48,442 bases of DNA, taken from Candidatus Limadaptatus stercoripullorum. Its GTDB lineage: Bacteria; Bacillota; Clostridia; Christensenellales; CAG-917. The notes below the pieces were generated by a model. The model had not been told where the DNA came from. It was given only the letters and a program-made list of their open reading frames with translations, and made no database searches. The DNA is taken from assembly GCA_018713795.1 (NCBI GenBank), contig DVOE01000085.1, positions 1 to 48,442 of the forward strand, in the 5' to 3' direction. The translations under genes were made by a program, and so were the position numbers. This document shows, in pieces, positions 38,440-47,054 of the stretch (positions within the stretch are counted from its first letter, which is position 1; every line of letters begins with the position of its first letter).

Positions 38440-39189
38440 ATGCGTATAGGGATAGTCACGGCGATGGTCGAAGAGACCGTCCCGATCATAACAAAACTCG
38501 GCGGCGTGGTCGCCGAGGACAACATCGCAGGAGTCAGGATCGTGCAGATCGAGGCGGGCGGGCACACCGTCTACCTCGCAAACTCCGGCATTGGCGAGAT
38601 CCGCGCCGCGCTCGCGGTGCAGCTGCTCGTCGACCTTTTCGACATCGAAGTCGTTCTCAATTTCGGATTCGTGGGTTCGTTGACCGGAAGCCTCTTAGTG
38701 GGCGAGACCGTGATCGCGGGGCGCGCCGTGCACTATCAATTCGACCTTTCCGCCGTGGACGGAACGCCGGCAGGCGAGTACGACGGCAGGGGCACGGTGT
38801 TTTTTGAGACCGACCGCGAGATAGCGGACAGGTTCCTCGCCGCGCTGCCCTCTCCCCTCCGCGTGGTCACCGTCGCGAGCGGCGACAAGTTCGTCGGTGA
38901 CCGCGAGACCAAAAAGCGGCTGCGAGACGAGTTCGGGGCGGACATTTGCGAAATGGAGCTTGCGGGGATATGCCTCGCCGCAGAGCGCAACGGGATCCCT
39001 GTGTTCTCTTTGAAGGTCGTGTCCGACGCCGCCGACGAGTCCGCGCCGGTGTCGTTTGCCGAAGTCGTCGGGAAAGGGCTCACCGAGTACGAAAAACTGC
39101 TCCCCGAGCTGCTCGGAGCGCTCTCCGGAGTTTCCCGCTCTTCGCGTCCGCCCGTGGTAAGAGGAGAGAGGAGGCCCGTCAAAAAATGA
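38440..39189 (+). CDS. mtnN: 5'-methylthioadenosine/S-adenosylhomocysteine nucleosidase
   Basis: MRIGIVTAM, SGIGE, VASGDKFV, CEMELAG and KVVSDAAD. Confidence 0.9.
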   Translation: MRIGIVTAMVEETVPIITKLGGVVAEDNIAGVRIVQIEAGGHTVYLANSGIGEIRAALAVQLLVDLFDIEVVLNFGFVGSLTGSLLVGETVIAGRAVHYQFDLSAVDGTPAGEYDGRGTVFFETDREIADRFLAALPSPLRVVTVASGDKFVGDRETKKRLRDEFGADICEMELAGICLAAERNGIPVFSLKVVSDAADESAPVSFAEVVGKGLTEYEKLLPELLGALSGVSRSSRPPVVRGERRPVKK

Positions 39190-39243
39190 GCGTACGCGGC
39201 TGCGAGAGGAAGAGCGGCAGACGCGCCTTGAACAAAAAAAGAG

Positions 39244-39269
39244 AAAAACCGCGGAAACCCGCGGTTTTT
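39244..39269. terminator. Bidirectional terminator
   Basis: AAAAACCGCGG-aaac-CCGCGGTTTTT between convergent genes. Confidence 0.85.
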
Positions 39270-39293
39270 GATTTTTTCCGTGATCTAAGCGGG

Positions 39294-39944
39294 TCAAATG
39301 TCTTTTATGTACCTTTTCGCGCCTTCGGGAAGAGTTATGCCGAGCGCCTCGAACATGCCGTCCTTTTTGGTTATCTCGCGGATGGGTTTGCAGGGGACTC
39401 CCGCCGCCAGCACGCAGGGCGGGATATCGCGCACCACCACACTCCCCGCCGCTATCACGGAGCCCGAGCCGATCTTCACTCCGCCGCAGATGGTCACGCC
39501 CGCAGCCACCCAGACATCGCTTCCTATCTCGACGGGTTTTGCGTATTCCAGATCGTAAAAACCGTCCGGATGCTCGTAGGCGCGGCGCTCTTCGGGCAGC
39601 ATGGGATGACAGGGAGTCGCCACCACTACGCGGGGACCGAACAGCACATTGTCCCCTATGGCTATCGGTGCGACATCCAGAAGCTGACAGTCGAAATTCA
39701 TGTAGAAATTGTCGCCGAAAGTCACATTGTAGCCGTACTCCGTCCTGATGGACGGCTCGAAAAATGCGTTTTTCCCTCCGTTTGGGAAAAGTTTTTTGAT
39801 TATCCGGGCGCGTTTCAGAAAGGAAAACGCCCGCGTACGGTTATATCTGTCCGCGAGCATCCTCGCGCGCAGTCTGTCCGCCATAAGACGGCGGTCGGTG
39901 GGGTTGTAAAGCTGCCCCGAAGACATCTTCTCTCTTTCGGTCAT
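39294..39944 (-). CDS. Maltose/galactoside O-acetyltransferase
   Basis: MTEREKM..GQLY Mac domain, EYGYN, hexapeptide repeats and AAGVPCKPIR. Confidence 0.9.
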   Translation of the reverse strand: MTEREKMSSGQLYNPTDRRLMADRLRARMLADRYNRTRAFSFLKRARIIKKLFPNGGKNAFFEPSIRTEYGYNVTFGDNFYMNFDCQLLDVAPIAIGDNVLFGPRVVVATPCHPMLPEERRAYEHPDGFYDLEYAKPVEIGSDVWVAAGVTICGGVKIGSGSVIAAGSVVVRDIPPCVLAAGVPCKPIREITKKDGMFEALGITLPEGAKRYIKDI

Positions 39945-40089
39945 AACTTCTCCTTTTGCCGCGCGCGGCTCAGCCGCCGCAGGTGTCGCGGCACTGTTAC
40001 CCTGCGATTTACCGCCGCAAGCGCCGCCTGTTTCCGCTCGCCTGCAAACTTAAGCGCCGCCGTGTGCGTTCTTCGCGAGATTCTTATCG

Positions 40090-40281
40090 TCCGTACAAAA
40101 GCGCGGCGCCCTATCCCGATCTCCGCACAGAAAACCCGGCGCCCTTCCGCAGGCAAGACGCGAATACGCCAAGCAGCCGCTCCGAAGTCCGCACAGAAAA
40201 CGCGGAGTCTTTCCCGGTGTCGCGAGCCGTTCGCGCAGCCGCGCATCCCGGCGTCCGCAAAGAAAAGCGGCGCTCTTCCGC
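40090..40281. repeat. Degenerate tandem repeat (66-bp period)
   Basis: TCCGCA(C/A)AGAAAA at 40122, 40188 and 40254; partial copy at 40090. Confidence 0.6.
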
Positions 40282-40480
40282 CGGCGATGATATGATAGCA
40301 CCGACCGGCGGACAAAACAACAACGAGAACAAAAATAGAGCACTGTCTATATATAGTTAATATTCGATACTCGTCTCGAGGGCTATGCCGTCACGACATA
40401 TCGGCGTGTCTTTGCTTTGTTTTTGCACGCGCTCTTCTGTGTGTCTGTTCGTGCCATATTCTCTCTCCTGCTCTCGCGGT

Positions 40481-40759
40481 TTAGTCTATCATGTACATGG
40501 CAAAGCTCATCTCCTTAAGCGGATCTCCGAAGTAGTCTTTCCATTTTTCCATTGTTGCCCTACCCTCTTCGGAAAGCTGTCCGTTGTCGTCAAGCAGTCC
40601 CCAATAAAAGTCCTCCGTTTCAAGCCATGTGTTTTGTTTTGTTTTTGACACACCATATTCCTCAAACACCTTGCGTAGGTTTTCGCGGACTTGGGCAAAC
40701 GGAACGGAAAACTCCCTTTGCATACGATTTTCATCGAGTTTCCACATAATGTACCTCAC
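40481..40759 (-). CDS. Small hypothetical protein B, paralogue of 41341-41613
   Basis: 42/75 ungapped identity with 41341-41613; overlaps the stop of the zeta-like gene (alternative ATG 40747 with SD GAGG). Confidence 0.85.
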   Translation of the reverse strand: MRYIMWKLDENRMQREFSVPFAQVRENLRKVFEEYGVSKTKQNTWLETEDFYWGLLDDNGQLSEEGRATMEKWKDYFGDPLKEMSFAMYMID

Positions 40760-41322
40760 TTTATCTCGCTATATTTAGACCGCTTCACGCGCTTGCCGCC
40801 GTAGTCGGTCGCAAGCACTTCATTGTATGCGCCGAGCACCGCCCTATCGTCGAAGCACATGACGACCTCTCGCGGGATAAACACGCCGCCTTCGATGGCT
40901 CTTGCCACAACGCGGTTTGCGCAAGTCGCGGCGTCCGCCCATGTGCAGGCGATCTCCACATTGTAGCCCGCGTCCAAGAGCGGAAGGATATATTTGATAT
41001 TCAGCTTGTCCGCGTCATATCCCACCGCGGGGATCACGAGGTTGACGCCTTTCATCGAGCCTCGCGTAAACTCCTTGAACGCCTGTTCGGTCAACATTTT
41101 GCCTTCTTCATGCACCAAACACGCCCCCAAACCTCCCATATATTCTGGGATAAGTTTGTTCGTCTCGTTGCTGTCCAAAACAAACGTCGCCTGTTCGCTG
41201 CTCAGCGGACGGACGATATTTGCGGATCTCCCCGATGCAGGCAGCCCGACGACGATGGTCGCCTTGAACTCCTTGCGAAGACGGTCGTTGGCATTGATGT
41301 CTTTTTCCCTTGTTTTTGTCAT
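40756..41322 (-). CDS. Zeta-toxin-like P-loop protein with degenerate catalytic motifs
   Basis: TIVVGLPASGRS (Walker A-like), VLDSN, LIPEY.GG.GA..VHEE, NLVIPAVG and GYNV; SD GGGAGG. Confidence 0.7.
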   Translation of the reverse strand: MTKTREKDINANDRLRKEFKATIVVGLPASGRSANIVRPLSSEQATFVLDSNETNKLIPEYMGGLGACLVHEEGKMLTEQAFKEFTRGSMKGVNLVIPAVGYDADKLNIKYILPLLDAGYNVEIACTWADAATCANRVVARAIEGGVFIPREVVMCFDDRAVLGAYNEVLATDYGGKRVKRSKYSEIK

Positions 41323-41340
41323 TTCGTTTTCCTCCCGCGC

Positions 41341-41613
41341 TCAATCGATCATGGACATGGAAAAGCTCGTTTCTTTGAGCGGATCGCCGAAGCAGCCTTT
41401 CCATTTCTCCATTATCTCTCTTCCTTTTTTACCGAACTGCCCGTTTTTATCAAGGAGCCCTCCGTAAAAATCCTTGAAACCAAGCCAAACCTCCCGGTGC
41501 TCCTCCGTCACTCCGTACTCGTCAAACGCCGCGTCGAGAGCCGCGCGCAGCTTCTCAAAAGGAAGCGAGTAATACATTTCCAAAATTTTGATATCGTCTT
41601 TGTCAAACACCAT
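41341..41613 (-). CDS. Small hypothetical protein A, paralogue of 40481-40759
   Basis: SD AAGGAGG; shares EYGV, DFYxGLLDxNGQ, MEKWKxxFGDPLKE and the terminal MID. Confidence 0.87.
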   Translation of the reverse strand: MVFDKDDIKILEMYYSLPFEKLRAALDAAFDEYGVTEEHREVWLGFKDFYGGLLDKNGQFGKKGREIMEKWKGCFGDPLKETSFSMSMID

Positions 41614-41865
41614 TGCGATCCTCCTTTATGATGTTGTTCCCATCGCCCGCGGAGCACGGGTCCGCGCCACGGGCAATCTGTTGTCGCTCGGTTGTTGCCT
41701 ATGGAGCTCGTGCGGGCACGACCGCCTCCTTTTTTTTGCCGGCAGCGCTCTGCCGCCGCTTTGGTTTTGAAATTTTGTTCTGTGCCGCCGCATAAGGACG
41801 GCAGCAGCGATTTTGCGGAAAAATAAATTTTAGTGTTAACGGGAGATCGGCGAAAGATCGGCATT

Positions 41866-42024
41866 AAAAACGAAAGAGGGAGAGTCCCGTGCCGCGGCGC
41901 AAAAACGCAAACGCGTCCGCCGCGCGGTTTTATCAAGTTTGTTGTCGAGTGATTCGATAAAGAGATATAAACCCCGAAGCCCGCCTTTCGCGAGCGGCGC
42001 TCACCGACGGGACCGCCCCGGGAC
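41866..42024 (-). ncRNA. Candidate ~150-nt structured RNA or leader
   Basis: Begins after a sigma-A promoter. Its ends pair (GGGGCGGTCCCGT/ACGGGACTCTCCC), it has three internal stems, and it is followed by TCTTTCGTTTTT. Confidence 0.45.
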
Positions 42025-42030
42025 GATCAT

Positions 42031-42059
42031 ATTGTAACCCATTCGCAAACGCCCGTCAA
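42031..42059 (-). promoter_or_regulatory. Sigma-A-type promoter
   Basis: TTGACG-N17-TACAAT. Confidence 0.65.
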
Positions 42060-42889
42060 TGCACATATTGCGACTCTGAGCCCCGCGCGGGCAAACCCAT
42101 GCCGAGTTTTTCGCATGTCCTGTTGCGCGCTTGCCTATCTGACCGGCGTGCCGGCAGCATCGTTCGGCGCCGATTTTGCTTCATAAACGACCTGTCCCCG
42201 CGGCTCCCTCCGCCCAGTGTATCCGGTGTGCGACTCCGCTTGTCGAGCCGCCCGTTCCGCCGTGGCGGCTGCTATTCGCTGTTTTAACGGGTTGCCGCTA
42301 AAGCTTTGTTCTGTTTCTCGCCGCCCGCACGGTTCAGACTCGTTGCCCGAACGCCGTTTCCGCGCGTTTCGCGTCGCTTGACAGCTTTGCGCTCCCGGAG
42401 CTCTCTCCGCTCGATGTGAGTTCTGCCTTTCTTGCTTTTGCCTTTTCACCTGGCTGCCCTCGTGTTTGTTCGGCAAAGAGGACTCTTTTTTTCTTTGGCT
42501 GACCGTCCGCACTACTAATTGCCCGTCTACGCTTAAAAAGGGAGCCTCTCAGCCCAAGTCCTTACTAAACGATCGGGTCCGCTCTCTGTTCGGCAGATCG
42601 CTCGAACCGCTCCTTTCGTCCGGGCGGCAACTCCCGCCGTTTCTTCTCCTCCCTGCGCCCCGGCGTTTTCTCCCCCTTTCCCGCCAACCCTTTTCATCCC
42701 TCGCTCCCCTTGTTTTTTCAACCGCGCGCTTTCGCCGTGTTTTTTCCGTCTTTCTCTATGCCGGAGTTATCGGCGGTTTGTGTCGCCGCGCCGCCCTACC
42801 TGTCAGCACCCTGCCGCCCGCCGGCTCCGCCCGACACTCCGCATTGTTGTTTCACCCGTCAGCGCTCCGTCCGTCTGCACGGTCGCTCT

Positions 42890-43195
42890 CTCGCCCCTCT
42901 GCCCGGATGTCTACGCCCCCAATGGTTTTGTTTTTCGAACGACAACTCCATGCGATCCTTTCCGCCCGCGCGCCGGTTTCCATGTTAAACAAACAAGAAC
43001 CCCTCGCTGCTTTATGTCTTCAGCCGCGTCACGAGTAAATTCTCGCCCACACCCCTTGCCCGGATGCCTATTTCACCTCTCGGTTTTGAACGACTACCTC
43101 GCGCGAACTTTTCCGCCCGCGCGCCGGTTTCCCTATTAAACAAATAACAGCTCTCGCCGCTCTATGTCTTCAACCGCGCCGCGATCAACCTCTCT
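42890..43195. repeat. ~150-bp degenerate tandem duplication
   Basis: TGCCCGGATG at 42900 and 43057; TTTCCGCCCGCGCGCCGGTTTCC at 42959 and 43110; shared TTAAACAAA and TATGTCTTCA. Confidence 0.8.
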
Positions 43196-43587
43196 CACCC
43201 CCCCCTGCGCCCCGCGTATCGCCAAGGCACAGCAGCACATAAAAACCACCTCTCATCCTCGTCTTGCGTTCGAATCGGATGTCGTCGTCCTGCGCATGTT
43301 TTTATGCCGGGCGGTCGCGCTCCGGCTGCTGCCCCATTCCTTCTCCCGCCCGCGCGTTTTTTGCTTGTCTTCCGGGGTTGCGCGTCGGTTTGTTGTGGGG
43401 CGAGTGTTGCCCCGGCTTGTCGCGGTTTGCGTCACCGCTGCCGCGCGAGGACAAAGGTCGGAGATCGGTCGTGAGAGGGGAAAGCAGGCAAAAATCGGAT
43501 TTTTCGCTCTAAATCGCGCCAAAACGCGATGAGGATAGGGCAGAAACATAACGAAATCAAGCATGTCGAAAACATAGAGAAAGCCGA

Positions 43588-43603
43588 TGTTTCATGTGAA
43601 ACA
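43588..43603. promoter_or_regulatory. parS site (ParB/Spo0J binding)
   Basis: TGTTTCATGTGAAACA, one mismatch from TGTTTCACGTGAAACA. Confidence 0.85.
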
Positions 43604-43985
43604 ATGCAAAATTCGCCGAAATCGAAGCGGCGTAAAAGGACGGTGGGCGTTGGTTCGCGCTCAAGAAAGGCGAGGCTCTCGGGCGGCCGTAAAGGCGTGT
43701 GTTGCGGCAAGAAGGAGCGTTGGGTGTGCGCCCGGAGCGGCTCTGTGTCCCGGCAATGGGTGACGAGCAAGGAAAACATCAGAAGGAAGGCTCTCCGGCG
43801 GAAGAATAAGGGCGATTTTGAGAGGCGTGCAGGAAAAAACCGGGAGAGAAGAGCGGCGAGAAGACGGCACAAACATGCGCAAGATCGCCTTGTTGTAGGG
43901 GCGCGGCGCGGTCGGTTTTCATACGACTGGGTGGATAACGGCGAAGGTGGAGAAAAACCGGCAGAAAAATTAACGATAGAGAATA

Positions 43986-44001
43986 AGTTTCATGTGAAAC
44001 A
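43986..44001. promoter_or_regulatory. parS site
   Basis: AGTTTCATGTGAAACA. Confidence 0.8.
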
Positions 44002-44016
44002 TTTTTTCGCGGCGCG

Positions 44017-44032
44017 CGTTTCACATGAAACC
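44017..44032. promoter_or_regulatory. parS site
   Basis: CGTTTCACATGAAACC, 15 bp after the previous site. Confidence 0.75.
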
Positions 44033-45333
44033 TAATAACGCTCCGAAAAGCCGAAAAACACACTGTTTAGTGGGTTTTTTCGCTGCGAAAACAGGGCAAA
44101 ATCGGGTGTCGGCGGGAAATTTCGGGTTTGCTCCTAAAAATTTTTATGGAAAAATCCGCTGTCTTTCTCCCAAATTTTTCGGCGCCCGATGTTACACAAA
44201 TTTTCTTAGAAAAAATGCTGTGTTTCACGGGCGGGCAGCATTTGTGATCCCGGGCTTGCGCGGACGGCGAAGATCCGGCGTGAAATGCCTAAGTTTTGCC
44301 GGGTTTATGGCGTAAAACACGCCGTTTTCTTGCATAATGCGGGCAAAAGACTGCGCGTGCAGCTTGCCGGGGGCAAGGAATTGGCTGCTATGGCGGGCTG
44401 AACGAGTTTGTTTTATTGCTGCGCGGCGGAGTTTTGCATGGCGGCTTTTTGCCTTCGTTGACCGCATTTTTCCTTGTAAATGACAGAAGATCAGCTCAAA
44501 TTGTCTGATTTTTGTGGGCAAAGGAGCGATTTGTATTGCCACATTGCGGCGGGCCGCCGAGTAAATTTCTGTGGATACCGAGGCATTTTCGGCGTTTTGC
44601 TGTTTGATTGCGAGTTTTTTTGACGCGCCGGGCGGCGGATAATGCCTTATAAGGCGCTTTTTTCAGCTGTTGTCGAGGGGGGGGTGCATGGTCTCGTGCG
44701 GGATGCGGGGCCGAATATTGCGCCGCAGCGGCAGGCTTTTGATGGCAAAGCCGTCTCTTTTCCCGACTCTGCGCCGCGTATTTTCGAAATTTAGGCGGCT
44801 TTATCGTGAGCGGGGCAAGGCGGCTTTTATTCCGGGCCGGCATTGCGTAAGACAGGCGCTTTTTCCTCTTCGCCGTTCGTATTGGGCGATGTTTGCGCGG
44901 GTTTTGGCGGCGGACAAAGGAAGCACCGGGGATCTCGCACTTCTTGGGCGATGTTCGTGAGAGTTTTGGTTGCCGGTTAGAGGACAGCACAGGGGAGACG
45001 GTTTTTTGAATTTAATTTGAGAGAGTCTTTTGGCAGGATGATGAAGGGCGGCTTTATAAGCGCTGTATAGAACGATCACGATATATAGATAAAAGACGAT
45101 GTTTCGCGTTGCGTGGTGGTTGGCGCCGATATGTGAGATAAAGTTTTGTCAGCGTGCGGCAAGGCAAAGTTTGATGGGCTTTGTATTCGACGGATAGATC
45201 GTATAAAGGCGAAGGGGTGCAAGGCGGGCGGCTTGTATCGCATGGGAGCGGGCGCGAGCAAAGCTGAAAGCCGCTATATGCAGCGGCGGCGAGCGCGGGC
45301 GAGAGGCGCACAAGTCTCTAAGGAAAGAACAAA

Positions 45334-45389
45334 GCCGCCTTTCGGGCGGCGTTTTTACGAAAAACAAAACCCCAACAGATCGGGGTTTC
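45334..45389. terminator. Pair of terminator-like hairpins
   Basis: Plus-strand GCCGCC-TTTCG-GGCGGC-GTTTTT and minus-strand AAACCCC...GGGGTTTTGTTTTT; the latter is the likely yitT terminator. Confidence 0.6.
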
Positions 45390-45457
45390 GGATCGGCATC
45401 GGGTGGCCCGCATCCCCACTATCTTAAGGGCAGCGAAGCGGCAAGTTTCTGCTGCCG

Positions 45458-45599
45458 GCGCCGCTGATTTCCGCCTGAGCCGTGTCATTCGCCTTGCTAA
45501 TACGGGCGAGGTATCAGCTGCGGCGACTTCCTTGCTCAGCCAAAAATCGGCAGGCGCGGAATTGCATTGAGGCGGGGCGTATTATTCCGGTCCGGCATA
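45458..45599. repeat. Family B element, inverted partial copy (one TIR plus module 2; module 1 absent)
   Basis: Reverse complement of ~38104-38210, followed by CGTATTATTCCGGTCCGGCATA. Confidence 0.8.
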
Positions 45600-45626
45600 A
45601 GACGGACGGTGCACGGGAAAAGCGCG

Positions 45627-46784
45627 CTATTTCTTCGTGCGGTCATCTTCGGCGGGCGGAGCGGGTGCGCTCGTTTCGGGCGATATCCCCGGAGCCGGCG
45701 AGGAGTCGGGTGCGCTCGTTTCGGGCGAGGCTCCTGCCGAGGGAGCGGGTCCCGGTGCGGCGCACGCCGCCGCGCCGTCCGAAAGGTCGGCGGCGGGGGA
45801 AGGGGCGTCCGCCGTCGTCTCGGGGGCAGCCGCGCCCGAAGCAGCCGCCTGTTCTTTTTGCGCGATCGCGCGGGAGATGCGGCGGCGTATGCGGCTCTCG
45901 TACTTCAAACTGCTCCCGAGAGAGTCGGTGACATCGTTGATGACGAGGAACGCGGAAGGATCGATCTCGGTGACGATGGTTTTGAGTTTCCCGACCTCGA
46001 AGCGGTTGACGACGCAGTAGAGCACAGTCTTCGGGGTGTGGGAGTAGTACCCTTCGGCGTCGAGGGTGGTGACGCCGCGCCCGAACTCCTTTGACAGCAT
46101 ATCCGCCACTTCATTGTGTCGTTCCGTTATGATAAACGCCGACTTTGCTTTGTCGAAGCCGTCGATGACGAAGTCCACGGCTTTCAGACCGACGGTGTAG
46201 GCGACGATGGAATAGAGGGGCGCGATCCAGTCGCGGGTGACGATACCCGCGATGATGTAGAGGATGACATTGTAGCTCATGACAAAGGAGCCAACGGTCA
46301 TGCCGATGCGCTTTGCGAACACCACGGCGAGCACTTCGACGCCGTCTATCGCGCCGCCGAACCTGATGGTGAGACCGCTGCCCACGCCCGAGATGACCCC
46401 GCCGAACAGCGCGGAGAGCAGCATATCCGCTCCCGCAATGGGCGATCCCGCCGAGAAGTCCAGCCCGAACACGGATTGGAAGAGGAAGGAAAAGAGCGAA
46501 TATATCCCCACCGCGTACAGCGAGTGCAGGATGAACACCACGCCCATGCGCTTCAAGCCGAACAGGAAGAAGGGGACATTCAAAATGAGCAGCCAAAGGC
46601 TCATGGAGAGGGGCGTGACATTGCCGAGCAAAATCGAAGTTCCCGAAAAACCGCCGTCGTAGAGGGTTGCGGGCGTGAGGAAAAGCGTCACGCCGACGGC
46701 GTTTATTATGCCGGCAAAGGTGAGGAAGATGAAGTCCGCCGGGCGGACGATCCTCACGAAATCAAGGAATTTTTGTTTGTTCAT
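45627..46784 (-). CDS. YitT-family membrane protein (DUF161/DUF2179) with Pro/Ala/Ser-rich tail
   Basis: LYDGGFSG, LNVPFF, GGAIDG, GRGVT, GYYS and EIDPSAF. Confidence 0.9.
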   Translation of the reverse strand: MNKQKFLDFVRIVRPADFIFLTFAGIINAVGVTLFLTPATLYDGGFSGTSILLGNVTPLSMSLWLLILNVPFFLFGLKRMGVVFILHSLYAVGIYSLFSFLFQSVFGLDFSAGSPIAGADMLLSALFGGVISGVGSGLTIRFGGAIDGVEVLAVVFAKRIGMTVGSFVMSYNVILYIIAGIVTRDWIAPLYSIVAYTVGLKAVDFVIDGFDKAKSAFIITERHNEVADMLSKEFGRGVTTLDAEGYYSHTPKTVLYCVVNRFEVGKLKTIVTEIDPSAFLVINDVTDSLGSSLKYESRIRRRISRAIAQKEQAAASGAAAPETTADAPSPAADLSDGAAACAAPGPAPSAGASPETSAPDSSPAPGISPETSAPAPPAEDDRTKK

Positions 46785-47009
46785 GGCACGACATCCTTAT
46801 GTTAATTCATACACATGTACGGTAGCACAAAACGCGCTTCCGCGCAACCCGGGGCAGCGCGGCGGCGGGAAAATGAAGGTCGCGAACCGCCGCGAGAGGG
46901 AGAGGAGACGAGCGGCGGCGACGGCCGCTGTAGCGAGCAAAAACGCGCACATCGCGCGGAAGCGACGCGCCCGCGCGCCCGCCGCCGCGCACGCAAATGC
47001 AAAAAGCGG

Positions 47010-47038
47010 TTGTTTTAACGGGCGGAGTGTGTTAAAAT
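47010..47038 (+). promoter_or_regulatory. Sigma-A-type promoter of nagB
   Basis: TTGTTT-N17-TAAAAT with extended TG, then SD GGAGGTG. Confidence 0.55.
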
Positions 47039-47054
47039 TTTCGGGAGGTGAGCT

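Noticed and set aside
40090-40281. CRISPR mini-array
   Set aside because: Repeats are degenerate, spacers are partly similar, and there is no leader or cas gene.
44221-44229. Fourth parS site (TGTTTCACG)
   Set aside because: Half-site only; the right arm is missing.
42099-45427. Many short ORFs in the gene-free region
   Set aside because: Low-complexity translations with no typical codon pattern, SD or motifs.
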